Assembly (NCBI GenBank): GCA_951406725.2
Contig: OX597823.1
Location: forward strand, 54,498,001-54,562,000
DNA length: 64,000 nucleotides
Reading direction: 5' to 3'
DNA from: Octopus vulgaris
Lineage: Eukaryota
Shown one piece after another: positions 11,093-24,151 of the stretch. Below the pieces are notes generated by a model that saw only the letters and a program-made list of their open reading frames with translations, had not been told where the DNA came from and did no database searches. Position 1 is the first letter of the stretch. Every line of letters begins with the position of its first letter. The translations under genes and the position numbers were made by a program.

Positions 11093-13770
11093 TCGTTCAA
11101 TAGGGACATCCTCGTCAAGAAATTTGATGTGAGGGAGGAAGAGCTACAGACATCGGACATAGAAGGTAGCTGGAAATTCCTACGGGACAGCTTGCTGAGT
11201 GCCACAGGCCAAGTCTGTGGATGGTGCAAAGTCCCTTCCAGACCTAGAGTTATGTGGTGGTGGAATAGTACGGTAGACAAAGCCATTTGAGCAAAGAAAC
11301 AGGCCTGGAAAGCCTAGGAGGGTGGGAGTAGCAGGGAACTGTACCAGGTAGCCAAAAGGGAGACTGGGCAGCAGGTATACATAGCCAACGGTGAAGCGGA
11401 AAAGAAGTTTGCTAATGTCCAGAGACGTGAGGACCAAAGAACTGAGGTATTTCGAATTGCAAGACAGTGTGTGAGAGAAAATTGTGATGCCACAGGAGAG
11501 AAATGAGTCCACATGGATGATGGTGACCTTGCTTTTAATGATTCTGAAAAGAAAGAGATTTGGAGAAGCCATTATGAAAGACTGCTGAATGTGGAGAATG
11601 AATAGGAGGAGGAGAGCCTGCCAAATGTTGACCCAGTGGAGGGACCAGCTATCCAAATAGACAGCTCCCTAGGAGATAAAGCAATTAAGGGTATGAAGCC
11701 AGGGAAAGACCCCAGCCCATCAGGAATCACTACTGAGATGCTTAAAACATCTGGTGGTGTGGGCTATGGCCTAGTCACCTATGGCATTGTAAACCAGGTA
11801 ATTCATGATGGAGTCATACCCAATAACTGGCATAGCAGCACCATAGCCAACCGCTACAAGGGTAGAGGTGATGCTCTAGATAGAAATAACTACAGGGGTA
11901 TCAAACTGCTGGATCAGGTGATGAAGGTCACAGAGAGGGTCATAGCCCATCTCATTAGGGAGAGGGTCTGCTTAGATGAGATGCAGTTCGGTTTGGTGCT
12001 GGGTAGAAACACCACTGATACCATATTCCTGGTTTGACAGGAGAAATCCTTAGACAGGGTCCCCTGACCCCTTATCTGGTGGGCAATGCGGAAACTCGGG
12101 ATTGACAAATGGTTAATAAGGGCTGTACAGGCCCTATACAGAGAGGCTGTTAGTAAGGTTAGGATTGGCAATGAGTATAGTGAAGAATTCCGGGTAGAAG
12201 TAGGGGTCCACCAAGGTTCAGCCCTCAGTCTCCTTTTATTCAACATAGTCTTCCAGGCAATAACCTCCAGGAATTCAAGTTGGGTTGCCCCTGGGAGCTC
12301 CTCTATGCTGATGACCTGGCCCTCATAGCAGAATCACTACTGGAACTAGAAAGAAATTTCAGGTGTGGAAGCTAGGTTTAGAATCAAAAAGCCTCAGAGT
12401 CAATGTAGCAAAGACCAAAGTTTTAGTAAGTAGAAAGGTGAACTCATCACACACCCCATCAGGTAGGTGGCCCTGCTCGATCTGTAGAAAAGGTGTAGGC
12501 AGAAACTTCATAAGATGTACCCAGTGTAAGCCATGGATGCATAAGAGGTGCAGCAACATCAAAGGAAAATTAACCGAAAAGATAGCTTTCGTTAGCGGCA
12601 GAGGTACAGGGGCAATAGACACCATGGATGCTCAGAAAACAGATTCCATCACACTCCAGGGGTAGAAACTAGAAGTAGTTGATAGCTTCCACTACCTAGG
12701 TGACCAAGTTAGTAGTCGGAGTGGATGCTCAGAGAGTGTTACCACTACAATAAGAATAGCCTGGGCAAAGTTTAGAAAGCTTCTACCCCTACGGGTGACA
12801 AAGGGTCTCCCGCTCAGAGTGAAAGGTAGATTGTATGATGCATGTGTGCGAACTGCCATGCTTCATGGTAGTGAAACATGGGCCGTGGCTGTGGAGGACA
12901 TGCGTAGGCTCCAAAGAAATGAAGCTAGCATGATCCGCTGGATGTGTAATGTCAGTGTGCACACTCTACAGAGTGTAAGTGCCCTGAGAGAAATGTTGGA
13001 CATAAGAAGCATCAGATGTCGTATGCAAGAGAGACGTCTGCGCTGGTATGGTCATGTACTGTGGATGGATGAGGAGAGATGTGTGAAGAAGTGCTACTCC
13101 CAAACAGTTGAATGAATCCAATGTAGAGGTAGACCCAGGAAGACATGGGATTAGGTGGTCAAGCATGACCTTTGAACGTTGGGCCTCACAGATGCCATGA
13201 CGAAAGACCAAGACCTCTGGAGATATGCTGTGAATGCGAAGATCTGACAAATAAAGTGAGTTCATGGCTGTATCCTACACCAGCTTCACATAACCAGCCT
13301 TAGTCCATTCAAAGTACCTTGGATCACAAGACGGCCTGCTGTGCTTACCTTGGATCATAGGACAACCTGCTGTGCTTGAGGGACCTATTGAGTCAAGTAC
13401 ATCAACATCAAAATAAAAATCAAATGGAAATTGTAGTTGTGATACCTGTTCTGGTGGCATGTAAAAAACACCATCCAAATGTGGCCAATGCCAGTGCCAC
13501 CTTGACTGGCTTCTGAGCTGGTGGCACAAATAAAGCACCAACTGATCGTGGCCATTGCCAGCTTACTCTGGCCCCTGTGCCGGTGGCATGTAAAAAGCAC
13601 CCACTACACTCACGGAGTGGTTGGCGTTAGGAAGAGCATTCAGCTGTAGAAACACTGCCAGATCAGACTGGAGCCTGGTACAACCTCCTGGCTTCCCAGA
13701 CCCCAGTCAAACTGTCCAACCCATGCTAGCATGGAAAACGAACGTTAAACAATGATAATGATGATGATGA
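11093..13770 (+). mobile_element. 5'-truncated, inactivated RTE-clade LINE (RT, PHD-like insert, 3' UTR, (GAT)n tail)
   Basis: WWWNS, NYRGIKLL, GVHQGSALS, LLYADDL, HGSETW, RRLRWYGHV, GRPRKTW motifs across frames with stops and frameshifts; candidate TSD ATATATTT at 11085-11092 and 13770-13777. Confidence 0.93.
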
Positions 13771-16112
13771 TATATTTACTAGACATTTCTGAATGAAAAT
13801 ATACAGAATAATATGCTTAGGGGGAGCTTGGCCATTGGACTACAGTTTTTATAGCGTTAATGTATGTGAGTTCCCCACAGAAAGTTGTCATAGTAACTAA
13901 GAAGTATTTATGATGAGTGTTGTATAGTGCAGGACTCATTATCATTGTCATTTAACATCTGTTATTCATACTGGCATGAGTTGGATGGCTTGAAAGGAGC
14001 TGGAAAGGCCAGGGGCCTCACCATGTTCCAAAGCTTGTTTTGGCTTGGTTTCTACAGCTGCTTACTCTTCCTAATGCTGACCACTTTACAGAGTGTACTG
14101 TGTGCTTTTTATATGGCTCCAGCAATTTTTATGTGGCTCCAGTGCTTTTGATATCTGTTTCAATTTTGCGAGGTGCTGACTGATGTAAGGAATGATGCTG
14201 TTAGGTTACCAGTGGGATAGGTTTCAAAATGAATTCATGAAAATAAACACCAAGACTGGTGAGGTTTTATATTGCTATCCCATCTTGTAATGATTATTAT
14301 ACTAATATCTGATCTCATTATTTCACCTGTTCAAGGTTGGTGGATCAACAGAATTGCTAGAGCATCTGATCAAATGCTTTGAGGTATTTAGTTACAGCTT
14401 CATATTTTCTAAGTTCAAATTCTGCTGAGATCAACTTTGTCTTTCATTCATCTGAGGGTCAGTAAAATAAAGTACAACAGCATTTGTTTTGGTGTGATGG
14501 TTTGTGTGCCTTGATGACCCGAGAGCTATGCCAGCAGAGTACAAGCTCCTAATAAGGCTTCCCATGTAGGAGAGATCAAAGAATAGAGCCACCAAACTAT
14601 CTATGGATTATCTCTTCCTAGAGGTAAAGGTAGGTTTGTGTAGGGCCAACATCCCTATCTAGAAAAATAGCTAAGTTACAAAAGCATAAACAATGACAAT
14701 TCATGACCAACAATACCTGAGAGATAAAAAGACAACCCAGCATTAGGAACAGTGGAAAAAAGTCATTGATGACTTATGCTTTATAGGAGAAAAAGGACTT
14801 AAGTCAGTCATCATCATCATCATTTAATGTCTGACTTCCATGCTGGCATGGGTTGAACGGTTTCACAGGAGCTGGTAAGCTGGAGAGCTGCACCCAGTTC
14901 TGGTGTCCACTTTGGCATGGTTTATCTAGCCATGTCTTTCCTAATGCCAACCACTTAAAAGAGTATACTGAATGCCTTTTATGTAGCCATTAGCGCTGGT
15001 GCTTTTTACATGACACTACTACCAGTGAGGTTGCCAAGTAACTAACAAGACAAAAACCTCTTGGCTGGGAGGAGTGGTACTGAGGTGGGTGACTTTGTAC
15101 CAGTCAAGAAGTCAGAGTATAATAGAGGGACTGAGATAGCTATCTTACTATAGAGGAGATACTTGGCTACCCTAGTAGGAGAGGAAGGATAGTTAGAGAG
15201 ATAGAGTGAGAATGAGAAAAGTGTGCCTAAATTAGAAGATGCTATATTGATGCTTTATAGACAGAAACATAGCTGTGAGGTTAAGAAGTTCTCTTTGCTA
15301 CACACTTTAGGATTCAATCCTTTTGCACCTGAATAAACATCTTCAACCACAGCCCTGGGTTGACCACAGCCTTGTGTTTGAAACTGAGTAGACAGAAACT
15401 GTGTGGAAATTTGGCCTGTTGTTGAGTGTTGGACTTTATATATTGCACAGTTTAACACTATCAGCTGGTTCTTGGATGCCTTTAGGGAAATTTGCTTTGT
15501 ACAAAGCCACTCCCCTAAGTACCACTCCTCCCATCCAAGAGGTCTTTGTCTTGTTAGTTACTTGGCAACCCTACTGGTATTAGTGTCAAGTAAAAAGCAC
15601 TAGTGCTAGTGGCCACATAAAAAGCACTCAGTACACTTTGTAAAGTAGTTGCCTTTAGGAAAGACATATGGCTAGAGAAAGCATTTGAGCCAGTTCTCTG
15701 CTCTGGGGATAATTATCTTCCTTCCCTCCACCAGTTTCCAAGGTCCTGAAAGTATTTATGGGCCCAACTCTTTCTCCTCTATTTGTCATTAAAAAAATAT
15801 AATTTCCACAAAAAAGCACCCAGTACACTCTGTAAAGTGGTCAGCATTAGGAAGGGCATCCAACAGTAGAAACCATGCCAAAACAGACAATTAGAGCCTG
15901 GCCGGCTCATGTCAAACCGTCCAACCTGTGCCAATATGGAAAATGGACATTTAATAATGATGATGATGAGACTATCTGTTACACCATTAGACTATATTTA
16001 AAACTATAAATATTATGTTAATCATGTAATATCTAGTGTTAATAATCCTTGACTGCAGATGCTAGAGAATTTAAGCTAAAGCAAAGCAAAGAAAAAAAAA
16101 AAAGGAATGTAC

Positions 16113-16272
16113 CTTGCCATCTTCAACCTTTGTAGAGCATACTGCAGAAAGAACATCACAGCCAGTTTCAACAGGTACATGGTTCAGTGAACGACATACA
16201 TTAATATAATACTTCTGTACAGGATGTGTGTGAATTCGAGTAATAACCCAGTTATCTGGCATCTTTGTGAGA
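16113..16272 (-). CDS. IGF2R: CI-MPR exon (repeat 6): LTKMPDNW...YYINVCRSL...AVCSTKVEDGK
   Basis: 160 nt; CAG acceptor, GTACAT donor; phase 2/0. Confidence 0.9.
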
Positions 16273-17762
16273 CTGAAAGTATGACATAAAATATCATTAC
16301 ACAACATCTACATATATAATTATTTTTATTTATATATTCAGTTATCAAGTGGTATGGAATGCAGTCACTACTTTTTACTTAATGATTCATTCTACTTCAG
16401 TTTACTTCTGGACACAATTTTAACTATATATTTAGAACAAGAATGGTTACAGGAAAAGCAAGGATCAAATTGTGTTAAGTGTTGGTCAACAGAGAGGGAC
16501 ATCATTGAATCCAGAGGAGATTGCTATTGGCATGGCAAATTTAGCAAATGTTTTGCTTTGTTACTGAAATCTTCATCTGTGGCATTGCCCATATTCATCA
16601 TTATCAACAATTTTTATGTCTGATTTTCTATGCTTGCATGAGTTAGGTTGTTATGGACTGAGGTGGTTTTATATAAAGTTACTACCCTCTAAGATGACTG
16701 GGGACTGACTAAGTCTTAGTTTCAAGTGTGATGTATTTTCTATAGTTGAATGACTATTCTCAAGTGAATTGGGTGCATTTTATTATGGCACCTGTTCTAG
16801 GGAGGTTGTCTTGTCCTCAGCAAGATTAAAAAAGACCTCTCTTACCTACTTTATCTCTGTTAATTTGCCAACTATATTACAGAGTATATTGGGCTTGTTT
16901 TATAATAACACCAGTTCAAGAGAGGTTGTTTTGCTACCTTAAAAGAAGAGTGTTCTTTATTCTACATTGTATCACTAGCACCAGAGGATAAATCAAATTT
17001 TGTTTTATCTTTTCAATTTTCTTTAGATCTATTTTCTCATGTTTACTAGGTACTCTATTACTCTTATTTGTTTCAGCTATTTGCCTGTGGTCATGCTGCA
17101 GCACCACCATTTAGTCAAAGAAATCAACCCCAGGACTTATTCTTTGTAAGCTTGGTATTTATTCTATTGGTCTCTTTTGCCAAACCTCTAGGTTACGGGG
17201 ACATAAACACATCATCTGTTGTTAAACAACAGTGGGGGAGACAAACAATCACAAAGACATATGCATATATATATATATATATATATATACAATAAGCTTC
17301 TTTCAGTTTCCGTCTACCAAATCCACTCACAAGGCTTTGGTTAGCCCGAGGCTATATTAGAAGACACTTGCCCAAGGTGCTACTCAGTGAGACTGAACCC
17401 AGAACCAGAACATAGAATCATGTGGTTGGGAAGCAAGCTTCTTACACACACAACCACTCCTGTGCCTGATAATTTATTTTTGCAGAGCGATTGTTTTTAT
17501 AATTAAAAATAGGTGAGTGCAGGACCCACTTAGTTTTGTTTCCATTCCCACTATCTCTCTTTCTTGTTACTCAATACTCTACAGCTCATCTCGAAGCCTA
17601 TATCTAGGTGGCTGCACACAACTACCACCATCATCAACACAAGAACAAATTTCAACATTGCCATTGCAAGAAACAGTCACTGAAATGCAACCATCACCAG
17701 CACTAATGCTCAACCACTCTCATAATCTCAGTCAACACGAACATCAAATTTGTTTCACTTAC

Positions 17763-18050
17763 CTTGAGAGGTCATACTGTTCATGGGTTTGTTCATCAGT
17801 GAAAGTGCATTCAACTGGATGTGTAACACAGGCAAATTTAGTGTACCACAAAAACCAGTAGGTAGAATTTGACTCTTTTATAAACTCGGGTCTTCCAAGA
17901 CTGGCTTTTGTGTTACACACAAAAGTGATCACACTTCTTCGAGCAACAGGAGGGTCAGAGTTATACTTATCACCATTTTCATAGATCAACTTCAAAATTC
18001 CATCCTCATATGTTAGAATACTGTTGGCATGGCCAGCATTTTTGGATACT
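17763..18050 (-). CDS. IGF2R: CI-MPR exon (repeat 5/6): VSKNAGHANS...ESNSTYWFLWYTKFAC...EQYDLS
   Basis: 288 nt; CAG acceptor, GTAAGT donor; phase 2/2. Confidence 0.93.
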
Positions 18051-18308
18051 CTGGCAGAGAAAAAGAAGCAAAAAAAAAACCAAGAAATTAAGTACAAAAT
18101 TAGAAAATGTACATTTTTTTCTTAGTGTAGCTGTGTGATAAGAAGTTTGCTTTCCAAACATGTTGTTCCCAGTTCAGGCCTAACGTGTAGCACCATGAAC
18201 AAATGTCTTCTACTAGACTTGGGCCAACTGAAACCCTGAGTGGATTTGGAAGATAAAAAGTGAAAGAAGCAGGTGTATGTGGTGTGTGCATGTGTGCACG
18301 CACGTACG

Positions 18309-18356
<48 letters not shown>

Positions 18357-18370
18357 TATATACATAAATG

Positions 18371-18606
18371 GTACACGGATGGGATGCCAAATGCGCTTTT
18401 GACAAAGAACAAGAAGCCGAATAGACAAGATGGACAAGATACGAAAATTAAAATTTAATCTTGTTAAATCTTAAGTGCTAGATTGGTAAATTAGTCATTA
18501 AACTATGTAAGTAGGAATTATTTTTTTTATTGTTGTGTGTTCAGCTTTATGTCCATTCGGCATTGTGTCCTTTAGCAAAAGTGCATTCAGCATCTTGTTC
18601 GTGCAT
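18371..18606. mobile_element. MITE-like element with ~60-bp degenerate terminal inverted repeats
   Basis: gtacacggatgggatgccaaatgcgcttttgacaaag...gccgaatagaca pairs with tgtccattcggcattgtgtcctttagcaaaagtgcattcagcatcttgttcgtgcat. Confidence 0.6.
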
Positions 18607-19183
18607 GACATAAACACACACATGTGTGTGTGTACCACAACTGCTTGGTAACCTGTGAGGGTTTGTTTACATCCCTGTAACTTAGTGGTTTGGTAAAACA
18701 TAAATATTCCATTCCAAATACTGATATCTTATATCTCCTCACATCAGAAGAATTGTCCACGAGAATTGAGTTATACAAACATGGTACAATGTATATTAAT
18801 AAATGTATTCAATCACACTTGAATGCTAAATTAACGGAGCTAAGCAGCGCAAGCTAATGAAATGACTGCTTATTATTATATAGTACACCTGCTGTCAGGA
18901 TACTGGATTGGTGTTCTAAATTTGGTAACATAAGGAAGCAATATGCATACAATGGTGAACGTTTCACATGTAACATATCATTACCATCATCATCACTAAC
19001 ACCGCCATTGTAATCAGGACCACTGCAATCATCATAAGCATCGCTATAGTCATCATGACCACTATTGTTATCATCTCTAACATTTTCACCAGCACATGTT
19101 TTATCATCACCACACCATTATCTTGAAACTCAAGAACAAGGAGCGGGGAAGTAAAATGAAAAACAAATAATTAGTAAACTTAC

Positions 19184-19343
19184 TTCGTCTCATCCTCGGT
19201 CTGACATACTCCAGCAGGTGTATTGAGTTTGCAAGTACCAGTCTTAACATTATCGCAAACATTGATGAAATAGGTGTATTTGTCCATATGAAGTTTATAA
19301 AAACCGTTCAATTTTCTCAAAGGAGTAAGATTGAAGCTGATAC
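19184..19343 (-). CDS. IGF2R: CI-MPR exon (repeat 5): ISFNLTPLRK...YFINVCDNV...GVCQTEDET
   Basis: 160 nt; CAG acceptor, GTAAGT donor; phase 1/2; absent from the ORF track. Confidence 0.92.
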
Positions 19344-20040
19344 CTGTAATAAAAATAGATGGAAATCAGATTAAAGGAATTCAAGATGATTTTTTTTTTT
19401 CTCTCTTTACTTTGAAAATTTGAATTGATGAAAGAGACATTTTTCATGAAACATTAAACTACAGGAATATGGAAATCAAATTAAATTGAAAAAAAAAAAA
19501 ATAAAATAGCAGCTAAAATTAACATTACAACTCAGAGAAGTTAATTTTTTTTTAAAAATAGTATTTGTATCAATATTGAATTAAAGTTTTTGTTTCAATT
19601 CAATTCGATTCGAACTCAGTTTTCTGCTGAGACTCTTATTCTACATGTTCTTCCTTTCAAGAGTAACAAAAAAGAAACCCGGGCTTTGCTTTAACTGAAA
19701 TTACAAATGGTTTGATTAAAAAAAATTCTTTTTCATTTAACCTTTACCTTTATCACAGGAGCAATTATTTTCACATTACTAGAAACTGATATTATGCTAA
19801 CAGTGCAAACACAGCAAAAATTCTCTCTCCCTTTCAAAACCCATGCTTCAGTATATCAAAAACAAAATATAAACCATAAGGTGAATTTCAGAGTCCACAA
19901 CACATATTACAGCAGAGATTTTAGTGGTTGAATTGAGCAACTGAAACGATTATGTAGTGGCTCCTTTATTTTATCTATTAACAGGTTTTGTGAAGCATTA
20001 CTTTCAATGTCACAAAAATATATTGAACTAACTCTCTTAC

Positions 20041-20178
20041 CAGCAATTTTATTTTCCAGTTGACAGTTAGCCCCCTTCTTCTTGGTCACAACACATGCCG
20101 CTGCTGTGTGCCACTCTAGATAGTATGCGCAATCGTCAGATGATTTAGTAACCACAACAGGAGCATTGTCGGACATGC
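20041..20178 (-). CDS. IGF2R: CI-MPR exon (repeat 4/5): MSDNAPVVV...CAYYLEWHTAAAC...NCQLENKIA
   Basis: 138 nt; CAG acceptor, GTAAGA donor; phase 1/1. Confidence 0.92.
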
Positions 20179-21275
20179 CTGTATAATATAAAGAAATTAG
20201 TTAAAACAAGAGTTCTGATACACAAACATGGACATGCAAGCACATGAATATGCAGAATACATACATACAGATGCACACACATACATACATATATACATAT
20301 GCATACACACACACATATATATATACACACACATACATACATACGTAGATGCATGTATAGGCACACATACACACACTGACTCACACATGTGCACAAACAA
20401 ACGAAAAGGAACGCAGTGTAAATAACAGACAGAGTCAAAACTATTGAAAAGGTCGCAAGATGCAACAAAAATTTTAGGAAAATAAAAATGAGAAATAAGT
20501 GGAAATTTTACCGATGAGTGTGTTAAATTATAAAGCACAAAAAGAAAATGACTCTCCCCAGACACAACAGTTCTGATAATGTTTCTTTGTAAACTTCTGC
20601 TTATCTGTTTCAATAAATCTAAAATATAATCAATGTTCTGGAGCAGGTTAGTCAAATATTTGTAATTTTACGCATTGGTATATTATGTTTTTATTGCAAG
20701 TTTCTTGATCACTCTGTTAGTGCTGGTGCCATGTAAAAAAAACACTGGCACTGATGACACAGGAAAAGCACCGGAGATGGTACCATGTAAAAAGCATTAG
20801 TGCTGGTGCCACATAAAAAGCACCCTGTACACTCTGTAAAGTGGTTGGCATTAGGAAGGGCATCAAGCTGTAGAAATTGTGCCAAAACAAACAATAGAAC
20901 CTGGTCTGGCTCCTGGCCTTGCCAGCTTCTTTCTAACCATCCCATTCATGCCATCATTGAAAATGAATGATGATGATGATGAACAAATTGAAATCTCTTA
21001 GCAGTAATCAGCTCATGAGATTTTGAACAAGATTTAATTTAAATATAAATACTTTAGTATAAGGGAAATCTTAGGCAAAATAATATAAGAAAAAGTGAGT
21101 TAAACACAAAGAATATACAGCCAAAGAAAGCTTTGTTTCATTGGACAAAATACATTTAATAGTGAATGTTCATCAAAATTTTCATAAACTTTTTTCATGT
21201 TGAATAGTTGGGGCTCACAAACCACACCAATTCTTTCCAAATATTTTCTATAAATTATGCTTATTCAGTTTTTAA

Positions 21276-21498
21276 CCCTTTATAGCATTTAAACCAGGCA
21301 TATCAGGTCAAAATATTCTACTTGTTTTATATTCAAATTGGCTAGATCTGGCATTTTACACCTATCCAACTATGTTATTCTAAAAATAAACAATCACATC
21401 TTCAAAATCATGAAGCCACTACATTACTGCATGATTAATTCAAAACAATGTGAATAAATAAGCATTACATTTGACATAGTAATCTGCATGCTAAAGGG
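21276..21498. mobile_element. piggyBac-type MITE (~220 bp)
   Basis: TTAA|CCCTTT...AAAGGG|TTAA; other copies 44220-44415, 44478-44691, 47818-48027, 54171-54560 (interrupted), 63108-63310, 63315-63535. Confidence 0.8.
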
Positions 21499-21837
21499 TT
21501 AAGAAAATTTTCTAGTTATGTAAACAAACCTAATATTCACAAACCTCTAGTTATTTGGATAACTTGAGAAATAATGAAACGATCTGATATACAGTGGAAA
21601 TAATAAATATGTCCAACAATTCTCTTCCTCTCTTCCAGCAATCAAGTTTCTATTATAACTTGACCTAATTGTACCCAACTCATTTCTCTAAAACTTCCAC
21701 AAAGCTTCTATCTTCAATGCTCACATAACGAATATACCATCAGAACTTTTGTTATTTCATAGCTTTAGAGAAGAAATTTCTAGGTATTGAAGTAAAACCT
21801 AGAGTTGAGAAGATTCAAAGGAAACATAGCAAAGATT

Positions 21838-22227
21838 TAGTTGTGTCTGGGAAGAGTCATTCTCTTTTAGTACCTTATTATTTAACACACTCACTGGTAA
21901 AGTTTCCACTCATTTACTTACTTATTTTTCCAAAAATTTTCATCTTGCAAACTTTTCAATAGTTGTTGACTGTCCATTATCTGAGCTGTGTTCTTCATCA
22001 TTCATGAAGAAAAAGAATGCAGCTCAGATAACGGACGGAGTCAACGATTATTGAAAAGGTAGCAAGGCGCAATGAAAATTTTAGGAAAAATAAAAAAAAA
22101 AATGAATGGAAACTTTACTGGTGAGTGCGTTAAATAATAAGGCACTAAAAGAGAATGACTCTCCCTAGGCACAACAAAATATGCTTCAACACAAACTCAC
22201 ATAAAGAATCTTGCAAACCAAATCGAA
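21838..22227. mobile_element. Fold-back element, probable Penelope-like terminal repeat
   Basis: Imperfect inverted arms of ~150 bp (21838-22180); 16-bp direct repeat AAACATAGCAAAGATT at 21822-21837 and 22228-22243; single-arm copy at ~20400-20568. Confidence 0.65.
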
Positions 22228-22294
22228 AAACATAGCAAAGATTAAAGTCTCAGTAAATAAATAAAAAATGAAGAGAGAGAACATAATAATCTCA

Positions 22295-23200
22295 GGGAAA
22301 TGGCCAGGATTGATATTTAGAAAAGAAGTCAGTCGTAATTCCATTCAGTGTAGCCAGTGTAAACCATGGACATGCAAGAGGGGTAATAGGATAACATGCA
22401 AGCTGACAATAGACAGAAGTAGTTAGCAGTGAAAAAATATGTAAAATAAATTCCAACAAATGCTTGGAAGGCTCCACAGAAGTACCTGATAGCATTTGCT
22501 AATAGATTCCCTAATTAGCAGTCAAAGCAAGTGTTCTGAAAGCATATAATAGCAAGAGCAATAGAGGGGTAGTAAAAGTTCAGAGAACAATTACTGCTGC
22601 TACTAACAAAAGGTTTCTCTCTCATAATGCGGGTGGCACGTAAAAAGCACCCACTACACTCACGGAGTGGTTGGCGTTAGGAAGGGCATCCAGCCGTAGA
22701 AACACTGCCAGATCTGACTAGGCCTGATGAAGCCTTCCGGCTTCACAGACCCCAGTTGAACCGTCCAACCCATGCTAGCATGGAAAACGGACGCTAAACG
22801 ATGATGATGATGATGAATGCAGGATAGATTATATGATGTTTGTACATAAAGTGTGATGCTGCACAATAGTGAGACACAGACATTGAATGTATAAGATTTG
22901 TGATGACTAGAAAGGAATGAAATGGACATGCTGCAGTGGATATCTAATATCAGTGAACATGAATGAGAGAAAACAAATGAACTGAGAGAGAAATCAGATA
23001 TCAAAAGTAGTATACAATAGAGAAGGCTGTGCTGGCACAAGTATGTAATGCATATAGAGGATGTCAGTTTTATAATGAAGTGATGAGTATTTGAAATGGA
23101 CAGGACTTGCAGAAGAGGGAGACCCAGGAAGACATCAGACAAAGCAACAACTGATCTCAAGACATAGAATCTCACAAAGGGGATGATAAAGAACTGTGGC
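22295..23200 (+). mobile_element. Old RTE ORF2 relic with a nested young RTE 3' end (22631-22815)
   Basis: Degenerate match to 12470-13230; insert flanked by AATGC at 22626-22630 and 22816-22820. Confidence 0.75.
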
Positions 23201-23789
23201 CACATACACTACTAAACAATATCTTCCCACCAACACCAGAATGGCAAATGGTCGTTAAAATTGTAGTTGTGACTGCGCCACTCTCTTTCTCCACCATGAT
23301 GCCTATTGTAATGAAGGACGCACTGGACTTGTCCATATTCATTACCTCCTACCAATACCCCTTTTAACTGCAAACCATCACACTTTCTCTCTATGTCACT
23401 CTTCATTGATATCAATCACTCTTTTGTCACCATCTCTATTGTTAGTCATCAGTAGACTACTTCTCCATCATTCATCTTAATAATTATTCTTTAATCTCAG
23501 TCTCTCCATTTTACACTCGCATTGCTCCATCATTGATCGCTCTTCATTGACCTCTTCACTACTATTATACCCACTTTGCATCATCCTGCTGCTTCTTTAC
23601 TTCTTTCTCTATCAAACTGCTTGAGTTGTCTTTCATTTCAATTTGTTGTCTTCCCTCAATATCACCAACTCACTCCTATTAACCTATGCCTCCTATAACA
23701 CATGTACTTGATCTTCCATCACACTTTCATCTAGTCCAACAGTTTAATTTTGAAATCAAAGAAAAAAAGTAGTGAAACGGAGTAATGGG

Positions 23790-24120
23790 TAAACATCCCC
23801 TTCAGTCATAAATGACCATGGGATTGCAACTAGGGAGTTCCTCTCCAAGGCACAAGTCTGGGCAAGGTTGTCTAGGGAAGACCAGCAGTTGCCCATGCAT
23901 GCCAGCTTCCATCGCTACATCACCAATGTTATCCAAGGGAAAGGCAAAGACTAATACAGCTTGGTACTAATAACATTACAACTCATTTCTACAGCTGATT
24001 GAACTGGAACAACATGAAATAAAGTTTCTTGCTCAAGAACACAACACACAGCTCAGTCCAGGAATCGAATTCACTACTTTGTGATTGTGAGCTTGACACT
24101 CTAACCACTGATGCACTTCA
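23790..24120 (-). mobile_element. tRNA-derived SINE family C (CORE-like)
   Basis: Head tcagtggttagagtg...gaattcgattcctgg and gtgttcttgagcaaga. Other copies 40230-40560, 30910-31245, 29960-30260, 43708-43860, 49500-49700, 53560-53785. Confidence 0.8.
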
Positions 24121-24151
24121 CAGTGAAACAAGAATATAATAAATATCATAC

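Noticed and set aside
10975-12625. Minus-strand ORFs of 88-158 aa
   Set aside because: Antisense shadows of the RTE LINE
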